From contig CBDDSB010000025.1 of NCBI GenBank assembly GCA_965233195.1, positions 86,484 to 150,483 of the forward strand: a DNA stretch of 64,000 nt, given 5' to 3'. Positions within the stretch are counted from its first letter, which is position 1. Each line of letters starts with the position of its first letter. This document shows positions 31,667-42,078 of the stretch, piece by piece. Source of the stretch: an uncultured bacterium. GTDB taxonomy: Bacteria > Pseudomonadota > Gammaproteobacteria > Burkholderiales > SG8-39. The position numbers were made by a program, and so were the translations under genes. A model generated the notes under the pieces. The model had not been told where the DNA came from, ran no database searches, and worked only from the letters and a program-made list of their open reading frames with translations.

Positions 31667-32412
31667 CGGAGAACCTTCTGCTGTTCTGGCCGGCGCTGGC
31701 GGCGGGCCTGCTGGTCGCCGCCACGCACGCGCCGCTCGGCGTACAGGTCCTCAACCGCGGCATCGTGTTCATCGACCTGGCGGTGGCGCAGATCGCCGGG
31801 CTCGGCGTGGTGCTTGCCGATTCGCTCGGCCTCGAGCACCACGGACCGGCCGTGCAAGTCTCTGCGCTCGGAGCGGCCCTGGCCGGCGCACTACTGCTGC
31901 AATGGACGGAAAAGCGGTGGCCGGAGGTGCAGGAGGCCGTGATCGGCGTGATCTTCATCCTCGCCGCAAACGCTGCCATCCTGCTTCTCGCCGCGAGCCC
32001 GCACGGTGCGGAGCATCTGAAAGACCTGCTGGCGGGGCAGATCCTCTGGGTGCGAGTCGATGCGCTGCCCGGTGTGGCGCTGGCAACGGCGGCGATTCTC
32101 GCTGCGTGGTTCTTGTTCCGCGGGCGCTTCTTTTACCTGCTATTTGCTTGCGCCGTTACGGTTTCCGTGCAGTTGGTGGGCATCTATCTCGTGTTTGCGA
32201 CGCTCATCGTGCCGGCGCTTGCCACGCGAAGGATGCGTCGCGGCCGAATCATCGTTTGCTACCTGGTATGCGCACTGGGGTACACAACCGGCTTGGCGCT
32301 CTCAACAATCACCGATCTCCCAGCTGGCCCCCTGATTGTGTGCACGATGACAGCACTAGGAATTGTTGTGTTCGGGGCATCCCTTCCGACATCCGGGCGA
32401 GCGTCCACGTAG
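31663..32412 (+). CDS. Metal ABC transporter permease (ZnuB/MntB-like)
   Basis: ATGA overlap; LGVQVLNRGIVFIDLAVAQIAG, GIYLVFATLIVPA, DLPAGP. Confidence 0.85.
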   Translation: MTENLLLFWPALAAGLLVAATHAPLGVQVLNRGIVFIDLAVAQIAGLGVVLADSLGLEHHGPAVQVSALGAALAGALLLQWTEKRWPEVQEAVIGVIFILAANAAILLLAASPHGAEHLKDLLAGQILWVRVDALPGVALATAAILAAWFLFRGRFFYLLFACAVTVSVQLVGIYLVFATLIVPALATRRMRRGRIIVCYLVCALGYTTGLALSTITDLPAGPLIVCTMTALGIVVFGASLPTSGRAST

Positions 32413-32707
32413 GCGCTGATTCATCGGACGTCAGCGTCGACTTTGGGAAGCATGGACTGCGTCCCGTCAGCTGATAAGAATTCCGGCCGCGGCGTGTAGG
32501 TACGCGATGGCGACCGAACCGGCCGCCTAGTTATGGCCATTTCAACCAACCGCCACTGCATTTGGGGGGCATCGCCGGGGGTACCGTAAACAGCCTCCTT
32601 CTTTCCCTCTTATATAGGTCAACGACTTCGAGCGGCCAATCGGTAGCGCGGCGCTCCACCGAATGCAGCACGATGGACACGGCGGGAAAAGCACCGGGTG
32701 CAACTGG

Positions 32708-32803
32708 TGTAGCCAGAATGTAGCTCGGCACCGCTTGTTTCAGCGGTTTCTCGCTCCTCTTGGCTACATTGCGATACTGGCGGGCGTCGCAGGTAGTTGA
32801 TTT
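32708..32803. promoter_or_regulatory. Putative integrase arm-type sites and IHF site next to att
   Basis: TGTAGCCA 32708-32715, TGTAGC 32719-32724, inverted TGGCTACA 32761-32768; AATCAActacCTG on the minus strand at about 32790-32802 resembles WATCAAnnnnTTR. Confidence 0.45.
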
Positions 32804-32830
32804 AACATCAAGCTGCTTCTGACTTGCGCA

Positions 32831-32875
32831 CTACGAACCAGGGGGTCGTGGGTTCAAATCCTGCCGGGCGCGCCA
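32831..32875 (+). mobile_element. 3' fragment of tRNA-Arg(ACG), probable attR of a genomic island
   Basis: CTACGAA anticodon loop, CCAGGGGGTC, GTGGGTTCAAATCCTGC T-arm, CGGGCGCG-CCA; no D-arm or acceptor 5' half upstream. Confidence 0.8.
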
Positions 32876-32896
32876 AATTCCTACTGCAACAACATT

Positions 32897-32932
32897 AACG
32901 GCCTGAAGCCAGCACGGCTTCGGGCCGTTTTG
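32897..32932 (+). terminator. Rho-independent terminator downstream of the tRNA fragment
   Basis: aacggcctgaagcc-agcac-ggcttcgggccgtt followed by TT. Confidence 0.75.
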
Positions 32933-33127
32933 CTTCGGTGGGGGATTTAGTTGTTTTGCGCGAATCTCCCACGAGCTGCTTGAACCGCCTTCCGTGGCTG
33001 TTCTCGAGGGTCGCCGCCGATGTGGGGATTGTGTCGCAGCGCGCCGAGCGCGCTGCGGGTATCCTTCGCTTCTAAGTCGAATCAGGCACTTCGGCGCTTC
33101 GCGCCTAACGAACCTGAAGGGAGAGCC

Positions 33128-33793
33128 ATGAACAAGAAAATAATCGTCGTCCTCCTCCTCGTGCTCGCGGCCGGCTGCAGTACCAGACCGCGGGATGGAG
33201 CCTCCGCGCCGCCAATGGATCCGACGCGCAAGGTGAGCGAGCAGGACTGCAGCAGAGCCTTCGATACCGGCGGCGGCAACCTGATGTGCCGTGAGGTCAC
33301 TGAGGCCGAGCGCCGCGCCAGGGCCGCGGAAGAAGAGCGGCAGGCCAGGGCCCGGAGGGAAGCCGAGGAGCGCGCCGCGCGCGAGCGTCTCGAGCGTGAG
33401 CGCGCCGAGCAGCTTGCCCGGGAAGAGGCCGCCCGGAAGCTGCGGGCTGCCGAGGAAGAGCGGCTCGCGAAGCTGAAGGCTGCCGAGGAGGAGCGGCTCG
33501 CCGCCGAGCGCCGCCGGCTGGAGGCCGAGGCCGCGCTCAAGGCCCAGCAAGAGCGCGAGCGTCAGGAGAAGGCGGCGGCAGAAGCCCTTGCCCGCGAGCG
33601 CGCCGCGCAGGAAGCGCGGGAGGCAGCCGAGCGTGAGTGTCGGCGTCTCGAGCAGGAACGGTCCGACGGCCGCGCTCTACTCGCGAGCTTCGTCGCCACT
33701 TACGGCAAGGTCGACGAATTCAAGGGGATAGCCGGGCAGATCACCGCGTTCCTCGACAAGGCTCGCAAGGTGAAGCCCTGCCCGCCAGCGTGA
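33128..33793 (+). CDS. Lipoprotein with small Cys-pair domain and long E/R/A-rich helix
   Basis: Lipobox LAAGC; PPMDPTRKVSEQDC...GNLMC; charged helical region of over 100 aa. Confidence 0.75.
   Translation: MNKKIIVVLLLVLAAGCSTRPRDGASAPPMDPTRKVSEQDCSRAFDTGGGNLMCREVTEAERRARAAEEERQARARREAEERAARERLERERAEQLAREEAARKLRAAEEERLAKLKAAEEERLAAERRRLEAEAALKAQQERERQEKAAAEALARERAAQEAREAAERECRRLEQERSDGRALLASFVATYGKVDEFKGIAGQITAFLDKARKVKPCPPA
33437..33502 (+). repeat. 2 x 33-bp in-frame tandem repeat
   Basis: KLRAAEEERLA / KLKAAEEERLA. Confidence 0.7.
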
Positions 33794-33879
33794 AGGCACC
33801 ACGGGCCGCGCTATCAGGGGTTCACGGAGTGTTAGGGCTCCGTTCCCAAACTACAACATCCAACGGAAGAAGGAAGGCC

Positions 33880-34692
33880 ATGACGACGCAACACTGGCTG
33901 GCGCTGTGCGCCGGCGCATTGCTGGGCGTGCCGGCATTGGCGCAAACGCCGGAAGTGACCCTGACGCGGATCGACTGCGGCACGGGCGCCAAACCCACCA
34001 ACGTGAACGAGCGTTTTTCCGACACCTTCGCCTACAAGGATCTGAACCTCGTCTTTACGTTCAGCTGCTACCTGATCAAGCACGGTGACGAGTACATGGT
34101 CTGGGACACCGGCTTCGCGCCCGGGTCGAACCCGAACGCCCCGAAGGTCGGCATCGTCGAGCGCTTGAAGGAGCTGAAGGTCACCGCCGACCAGGTGAAG
34201 TACGTCGGCATCAGCCACTTCCACGGCGACCACACCGGGCAGCTGATCAGCTTCCCCAAGGCGACCTTGCTGATCGGCAAGGGCGACTGGGAAGGGGTCA
34301 GCGCGAACCCGCCGATGCAGGGCGCGAACGCGCTCGGGTTCACGCCCTGGACCAAGGATGGCGGCAAGGTCGAGCCGCTGGCGATCGACAAGGACGTGTT
34401 CGGCGACGGCACGGTGGTGGTGCTGCGCACCCCAGGCCACACGCCGGGCCACAGCTGCCTCCTGGTACGGCTGAAGGAGAAGGGCCCGGTGATCCTGATC
34501 GGCGACCTCGCGCACTTCCGCGAAAACTATGAGAGCAACGGCGTGCCCTGGTTCAACGCCGACCGCGCGCAGACGCTGGCTTCGCTCGAGCGGGTGAAGA
34601 AGCTCGCGCAGAACCTGAACGCCACCGTCATCATCCAGCACGACGTGCGCGATATCGGCAAGCTTCCGGCCTTCCCGGCGGCGGCGAAGTAG
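33880..34692 (+). CDS. N-acyl homoserine lactonase family metallo-beta-lactamase-fold protein, secreted
   Basis: SHFHGDHTG, TPGHTPGH, GDLAH, IQH; signal peptide. Confidence 0.85.
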   Translation: MTTQHWLALCAGALLGVPALAQTPEVTLTRIDCGTGAKPTNVNERFSDTFAYKDLNLVFTFSCYLIKHGDEYMVWDTGFAPGSNPNAPKVGIVERLKELKVTADQVKYVGISHFHGDHTGQLISFPKATLLIGKGDWEGVSANPPMQGANALGFTPWTKDGGKVEPLAIDKDVFGDGTVVVLRTPGHTPGHSCLLVRLKEKGPVILIGDLAHFRENYESNGVPWFNADRAQTLASLERVKKLAQNLNATVIIQHDVRDIGKLPAFPAAAK

Positions 34693-34723
34693 CGCCGCTG
34701 CCGGTTTTGATTGCAATCAAGCG

Positions 34724-35518
34724 CTACTGCAGCACCCCCCGGTCGATCAGCGTAATTTCGATGCGCCGGTTCTTCTGCCGTCCCTCGGTGGTGTCGTTCG
34801 GCGAGACCGGGGCGTACTCGGCGCGGCCGGTGGCGACGAGCCTCTCGGGCGCGATGCCGGCGTCTTGAAGGAAGCGCACTACGGTGGTCGCGCGCGCAGC
34901 CGACAGTTCCCAGTTCGACGGAAACACTTTCTGCAGGCCCTTGGTGATCGGCACGTTGACGGTGTGGCCGACGATGCGGATCGCTTTGTCCTCGTAGCCC
35001 TTGAGCGACTCCGCGACCTTCTGCAGGACCTGCTTGCCGGTGTCCTTCAGGTTCGCACGGCCGGAGTCGAAGAAGAGCTGCTCCGCGACGTCGACGGTCA
35101 GCATTCCCTTGAGCTGGCGCACCTGGAGCTGGCCCTTCCTCAGCTCCTCGCTGAGATTCGCGAGCAGCGCGTCGTAGTGTGCCTCGGACTGCTTCTCGGT
35201 CGCCTGGAGCTGCGTACGCTGTGCCTCCAGCGCCGCCACCTGCTGGGTAAGGCTGTCCCTCTGCTTTGCGAGGCTGTCGTTCTCTCTTGTAAGGCTGTCC
35301 TTCTCTTTCGTAAGGCTGTCTTTTTGCTTCTCCAGACTGTCGCGCTGGCTCTCGAGGTTGCGCACCTGCTGCTCGAGCGCCGAGCGGCTCGACTGCAGTG
35401 ATGCGATCTCCTGATTCTTCTCGCTCTGCAGCTTGTCGAACTCGCCCTGCGTGACACAGCCTGCCGCGGCAAGTAGCGTAACGAGAGCCGCGCTGCTGAC
35501 ATGACGATGGATGGACAT
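34724..35518 (-). CDS. OmpA/MotB-family lipoprotein with coiled coil
   Basis: Lipobox AAGC; FFDSG, GHT(V)NVP, SNWELSAARA, NRRIEI. Confidence 0.88.
   Translation of the reverse strand: MSIHRHVSSAALVTLLAAAGCVTQGEFDKLQSEKNQEIASLQSSRSALEQQVRNLESQRDSLEKQKDSLTKEKDSLTRENDSLAKQRDSLTQQVAALEAQRTQLQATEKQSEAHYDALLANLSEELRKGQLQVRQLKGMLTVDVAEQLFFDSGRANLKDTGKQVLQKVAESLKGYEDKAIRIVGHTVNVPITKGLQKVFPSNWELSAARATTVVRFLQDAGIAPERLVATGRAEYAPVSPNDTTEGRQKNRRIEITLIDRGVLQ
35237..35341 (-). repeat. 5 x 21-bp heptad repeat in the OmpA/MotB gene
   Basis: DSLEKQK DSLTKEK DSLTREN DSLAKQR DSLTQQV; ag(g/a)ctgtc recurs every 21 nt. Confidence 0.75.
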
Positions 35519-35640
35519 CTGACCTCCTGATTCTGCTTGTGGCCCCTACGCAGGGAAGGATACCGCGCAGCGTCGTCGCTCGATGTCGATTTCTCCACAG
35601 TCAGTGCGCTAGTCAGGGTAATTTCGGTAACGATGGTGCA

Positions 35641-36417
35641 ATGAAGCTGGCAACCTTCAACGTCAACGGCATCCGCTCACGCCTGCCGCATCTGCTGCAG
35701 TGGCTCGAGCGTGAAGCGCCGGACATCGTCTGCCTGCAGGAGCTCAAGTCGGCCGATGTGAGCTTTCCGGCCGCGCAGATCAGCGACGCGGGCTACGGCG
35801 CGATCTGGCAGGGGCAGAAACCGTTATGGAACGGCGTCGCCATCCTCGCAAGGGGAACCGACCCGATCGAGCTGCGTCGCGGGCTGCCGGGGGACTCAGC
35901 CGACACGCAAAGCCGTTATCTCGAGGCCGCGGTGCAGGGAATCCTGGTCGGTTGCCTGTACCTGCCCAACGGCAATCCCCAGCCCGGCCCGAAGTTCGAC
36001 TACAAGCTCGCCTGGTTCGAGCGCCTTATCGCGCACGCCAAGGGGCTGGTCGACAGCCCGCACCCCGTGGCGCTGATCGGCGATTACAACGTGGTGCCGA
36101 CCGATGAGCTCGACATCTACAATCCCCGCTCCTGGCGCAAGGATGCGCTCCTCCAGCCGCAGACGCGCGAGCGCTACCGCCGCCTGCTCGACCAGGGCTG
36201 GCTGGATGCGATCCGCAGCAAGCATCCGAAGGAGCGCATCTACACGTTCTGGGATTATTTCAGGCAGCACTGGCAGCGCGACGCCGGCCTGCGCATTGAT
36301 CACCTGCTGCTTAACCGGACACTGGCGCCGCGTTTGAAGGCGGTCGGCGTCGATCGCTGGGTGCGAGCCCTGGACCGCCCGAGCGATCACGCGCCGGCCT
36401 GGGTGACGTTGTCATGA
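35641..36417 (+). CDS. xth: Exodeoxyribonuclease III
   Basis: ATFNVNG, CLQELK, YLPNGNP, GDYN, YTFWDY, GLRIDH, SDHAP. Confidence 0.93.
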   Translation: MKLATFNVNGIRSRLPHLLQWLEREAPDIVCLQELKSADVSFPAAQISDAGYGAIWQGQKPLWNGVAILARGTDPIELRRGLPGDSADTQSRYLEAAVQGILVGCLYLPNGNPQPGPKFDYKLAWFERLIAHAKGLVDSPHPVALIGDYNVVPTDELDIYNPRSWRKDALLQPQTRERYRRLLDQGWLDAIRSKHPKERIYTFWDYFRQHWQRDAGLRIDHLLLNRTLAPRLKAVGVDRWVRALDRPSDHAPAWVTLS

Positions 36418-36954
36418 GCGCGTTCTGCAGATTGGCGCGAGCTCGATGGTCGATGTCGCGGATGCGAGCCAGACATGCTGTTCCTGCACAGTGCACGTGA
36501 GTGACATGGTGCGAGCCGCGAGCGTTTGCAGCGCGGCGGTCTCCTCGCCGGTCAGCGTGAGCACCCGCAAGTTGGCTTGCCGCGTGAAGGCCGCGGCGTT
36601 GTCGCTCCACCAGTTTTCCACCCGTCGCGCACCATAGGCGAGAACGGCAACTTCGCGCGCGCGGCCGCACGCCTTGCGCACGTCTCTCTCGTCCGGCAGC
36701 CCGACCTCGATCCACAGGTCCACGGCGCCGGTCGGATCTCGCCGGATGAGGTCGGGTTCGCCTTCCGCGGACAGGCCGCGGCCGAACTCGAGCGCTTCGT
36801 CGGAATGCAGTGCGAACGCGAGCAGCCGCACCATCAGCCGCTCCTCGGTCTCCGAAGGATGGCGCGCGAGGGTCAGCGCGTGCCGGCCGTAGACCTGGCG
36901 ATCCAGATCCGACACCGAGAGATCGGTCCTGTATATGGTGGAGCGAAGCGCCAC
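36412..36954 (-). CDS. yaeQ: YaeQ family protein
   Basis: MALRSTIY, ARHPSETEERLMVRLLAF, LWIEVGLPD. Confidence 0.92.
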   Translation of the reverse strand: MALRSTIYRTDLSVSDLDRQVYGRHALTLARHPSETEERLMVRLLAFALHSDEALEFGRGLSAEGEPDLIRRDPTGAVDLWIEVGLPDERDVRKACGRAREVAVLAYGARRVENWWSDNAAAFTRQANLRVLTLTGEETAALQTLAARTMSLTCTVQEQHVWLASATSTIELAPICRTRS

Positions 36955-37033
36955 TACGCCTGATTATTTCACGTGTAATTGCGGCCTCGACAACGGGAAC
37001 CAAAGCGTCCCGGCCTTGCCCGATCATCACCGC

Positions 37034-37288
37034 ATGCGAAAACGTCAAGTTCACGTAGCGAACAGGCTCGGGTTGCATGCGCGCCTCGCCGCGCAGATCG
37101 TCCACCTCGCCTCCACGTTCAGCAGCAATGTCTCGCTCGCTTTCAAGGGGCGCAAGGCGGATGCGCGCAATGTGCTCGCCGTCATGCTCCTCGCTGCGAG
37201 TGTCGGCAGCACGATATCGATCGAGGTCAGCGGCCCCGACGAGGCCGAGGCCCTCGACGCACTGACCAACCTGATCGGCCGTAGTTAG
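37034..37288 (+). CDS. HPr-family phosphocarrier protein (atypical)
   Basis: VANRLGLHAR with His15; ADARNVLAVMLL at the Ser46 site; GPDEAEAL. Confidence 0.85.
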   Translation: MRKRQVHVANRLGLHARLAAQIVHLASTFSSNVSLAFKGRKADARNVLAVMLLAASVGSTISIEVSGPDEAEALDALTNLIGRS

Positions 37289-37289
37289 C

Positions 37290-37943
37290 CTAGGGCTTCG
37301 GAATGCGCAGGGTCTTGCTGATCATCATGCTGCCCGAGGCGAAGAAAAGCAGCGACAGCGGATGAAATTGCCAGCCGAGATCCCAGACACCACCGTAGAT
37401 GCGTTCCCCGATGCGGTCCTGCCACGCGGCGAAGGCGAGCACGGCGGTTAACACCACGCTGGTGGGAATGGGCGTGCCTTCGAAGTAGGCGACCTTGCCG
37501 CTGCCGCTGCCGGCCGCGAGAGTTTCGGCGGTGACGTTGAAGCGCGCGAGGCGGCTCACGCCGCAGCACACGAAGTAAGTCAGCGCCGCGGCGTCCCAGC
37601 CGCCATTCAACCCCGCCGCATAGGCGAGCGCGGCGGGGGCGACGCCGAAGGAGATGACGTCCGCCAGCGAATCGAGCTCACGACCCAGCGCCGAGTGCTG
37701 GTGGCGCCAGCGGGCCACGTTGCCGTCGAGCCAGTCGAAAAAGAAGGCGAGGGGTGCCATCGCGGCGGCGGCGTAAAAATGCGCCCTGGCCCCGCTTTGC
37801 AGGTACAGCATGGTGAGGAAAACCGCGCCGACGCCGCACGCGGCGTTGGCGAGGGTGAGGAAGTCCGCGAGATGGAAGCCGCGGATCATCGAGAAATGCT
37901 TCGGCCTGGCTCGCTGCTCCATGGATGGTCCCCTTTCGGCCAC
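37290..37943 (-). CDS. pssA: CDP-alcohol phosphatidyltransferase (PssA-like)
   Basis: DWLDGNVAR, GRELDSLADVISFGVAPA, RLARFN, FEGTPIP. Confidence 0.85.
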   Translation of the reverse strand: MAERGPSMEQRARPKHFSMIRGFHLADFLTLANAACGVGAVFLTMLYLQSGARAHFYAAAAMAPLAFFFDWLDGNVARWRHQHSALGRELDSLADVISFGVAPAALAYAAGLNGGWDAAALTYFVCCGVSRLARFNVTAETLAAGSGSGKVAYFEGTPIPTSVVLTAVLAFAAWQDRIGERIYGGVWDLGWQFHPLSLLFFASGSMMISKTLRIPKP

Positions 37944-37984
37944 TGTATCGCGGATCAGGCACGCTTTTTTCTTGATAAGGTCAT

Positions 37985-38347
37985 TTGGCGAACACCCCGC
38001 GCAAAGTGTTACTAGTCGACGACAACGCCGATGCCGTTGCGGTGATCGCCGCGTGGCTCAAGCGCGCCGGCCATGAGGTGCACGAAGCTCGCGACGGCGT
38101 CACCGCCGCCGAGCTCGCTCGTAGAGTGCGCCCAGACATCATGTTTCTTGACCTGGGGTTGCCTGGGCTCGATGGACTCGCGGTCGCGCGCCAGTTGCGC
38201 AGCGATCCGGACCTGAGCCGCATGCGCATAGTGGCGATGACCGGGTCGGGCCGTGAGGATGACCGGCAGGCGGCGCGCGAGGCGGGCTTCGATCAATACC
38301 TGCTGAAGCCGATCGACCTCGACTTCGTCCGTAGCCTCCTGGGCTGA
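37985..38347 (+). CDS. Single-domain response regulator
   Basis: VLLVDDN, FLDLGLPGLDG, AMTG, GFDQYLLKP. Confidence 0.85.
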   Translation: MANTPRKVLLVDDNADAVAVIAAWLKRAGHEVHEARDGVTAAELARRVRPDIMFLDLGLPGLDGLAVARQLRSDPDLSRMRIVAMTGSGREDDRQAAREAGFDQYLLKPIDLDFVRSLLG

Positions 38348-38434
38348 TTGCGATTGCGCGCTGCGGCAATTCGTGCAGAATGAGGCGCGCCGTTTTTGCG
38401 CGGGTAGCTTGAATAGCGACAACGACGCGCTCGC

Positions 38435-40396
<1,962 letters not shown>

Positions 40397-40401
40397 CCCG
40401 C

Positions 40402-41118
40402 TTAGAACGCCACCCGGCGGACGAGCTGTACTTCGGATCCCGCGCCATCAATCCGGGCGACGCGCATTGCGTTGGCGCCGCGCACCCAATCGACGATCGG
40501 CTGGAACTGCCGGCGCTCGACCGCGGTCTGCCCGGCGTCCATTTCGAAGATGCCCACGCCGCTCTCGGCGGCTTTCAAGTACATGTCGGAATCGAGCAGC
40601 CGCGTCAGCAGCTTGATCTGCAGCGAATCCAGGAAGCGCAGGAACGGCTGGTAGGCCGGCATCGACACGCGGACCTTGTTGGCGACGATGCCGACGCGCG
40701 CGTTACCGCCCCGCACCCGCGCCGCGCCCATCAGGTCCTTGATGAAGTTCTCGGTGGCGCGGATGTCGATCACCGAGGGCACCACCGGCACCACCACGCT
40801 GTGCGCGCGTTCGACCATTTCCTGCAGCAGCAATCCGGAAGCGCCGGCCGGCGCGTCGATGACCAGTTGCTGGGTATGCGGCGGCACGAACATCTCGAAG
40901 CTGCGCAGGCGGCCGTACTTCTCCGGCGCGCCGTTGGCGGCATAGATGGTCGGCGCATTCGCAGCGCGCGAGCGCAACCACGTCAGGCTCGAAGCCTGCG
41001 GGTCGTAGTCCATCAAAGTGGTGGGGATGTTGTCCGCCGCGAAGGAGGCGGCGAGGTTGATTGCGATGGTGGTTTTACCGGAACCACCCTTAGGGTTGAT
41101 CACCAGCGTTGTTTTCAT
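40402..41118 (-). CDS. ParA/MinD-family ATPase (orphan), paralog 1
   Basis: NPKGGSGKTT deviant Walker A, DYDPQ, VIDAP. Confidence 0.9.
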   Translation of the reverse strand: MKTTLVINPKGGSGKTTIAINLAASFAADNIPTTLMDYDPQASSLTWLRSRAANAPTIYAANGAPEKYGRLRSFEMFVPPHTQQLVIDAPAGASGLLLQEMVERAHSVVVPVVPSVIDIRATENFIKDLMGAARVRGGNARVGIVANKVRVSMPAYQPFLRFLDSLQIKLLTRLLDSDMYLKAAESGVGIFEMDAGQTAVERRQFQPIVDWVRGANAMRVARIDGAGSEVQLVRRVAF

Positions 41119-41249
41119 TCTTCCGTTCTTGTTTTTATCTTTTATTCCCCAACAACCTAGCGCGTGAACATGATGCTACGTCTTAAAACACTTGGCAAGC
41201 CCTTCGTTCAAAGAATGCACCCGTCAAGCGTCAAACGACGGAAGCTGTC

Positions 41250-42008
41250 CTAGCGGAAGCTGGGGCGCGAAGCGGTGATGTTGCCGATCACCCGCAGGCC
41301 GGGACGCGAGGCGCTGGCCACCGCGGCCAGCGGGCGTGCGGCCGGTACGACCGGCACGCGATCGACCCACTCGACGATGGGCTGGAACTGCTGGCGCTCG
41401 GCGGCGGAGAGCGCGAAGTCCATCTCGAAGATGCCTACGCCGGCTTCGGCCGCATTGATGAACACGTCCGAATCGGAAAGCCGCGCCAGCAGCGGCAGGT
41501 TAAGCGCGGTAAGGAAGCGCTCGAGCGGCTGGTACACCGGGTTCGACTTGCGCACGCGGTTCGCCACCACGCCGAGCCGGATGTTATTGGCGCGGATCTT
41601 CCCGGTGAGCAGCAGGTCGCGAATGAAGTTGGCGGTGGCGTGGATGTCGATCGCCGAGGGCGCCACCGGAATCAGGATGCAATGCGAGCGCGACAGCATT
41701 TCCTGGAGGGCAAGCCCCGCAGCGCCGGCGGGCGCGTCGATGATGAGCTGGCTGGTGTCGGCGGGCACATGCATGCCCAGGCTGCGCAGACCGGTCTTCT
41801 GCGGCGCGGCGTTCGCGCCGTGGATCTTGCGCGCCGTCGGCGGGCGGATGCGCAGCCAGTTGAGGGTGGAACCCTGCGGATCGAAGTCCATCATCGCCGC
41901 CGGGATGCCGTTGGACGCGAAGTAGCTGGCGAGGTTGGTCGCGACCGTGGTTTTCCCCGAGCCGCCTTTCGGATTGATGACCAGCGTAGTGTTGGTTCGC
42001 ATCCCCAC
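41250..42008 (-). CDS. ParA/MinD-family ATPase (orphan), paralog 2
   Basis: NPKGGSGKTT, DFDPQG, IIDAP; clearly similar to 40402-41118. Confidence 0.9.
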   Translation of the reverse strand: MGMRTNTTLVINPKGGSGKTTVATNLASYFASNGIPAAMMDFDPQGSTLNWLRIRPPTARKIHGANAAPQKTGLRSLGMHVPADTSQLIIDAPAGAAGLALQEMLSRSHCILIPVAPSAIDIHATANFIRDLLLTGKIRANNIRLGVVANRVRKSNPVYQPLERFLTALNLPLLARLSDSDVFINAAEAGVGIFEMDFALSAAERQQFQPIVEWVDRVPVVPAARPLAAVASASRPGLRVIGNITASRPSFR

Positions 42009-42078
42009 AGCAGCAGCCTACGCCCGGCCCAAAAGCCTAGCTGTTAACTACTGCTCCTCCTGCGTGGAGAATAGCGGA

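Noticed and set aside
32531-32731. 66-aa ORF as an integrase or excisionase remnant
   Set aside because: No recognisable tyrosine-recombinase or HTH motif; overlaps the putative arm sites.
32800-32875. Intact tRNA-Arg gene
   Set aside because: The 5' acceptor strand and D-arm are absent; similarity begins at the anticodon loop.
33880-34692. Metallo-beta-lactamase resistance gene
   Set aside because: HxHxDH with GD..H and QH spacing fits the AHL-lactonase-like family; no evidence of beta-lactamase function.
35237-35341. Possible CRISPR-like periodic repeat
   Set aside because: 21-bp period, in-frame heptads in a coding coiled coil; no spacers or cas genes.
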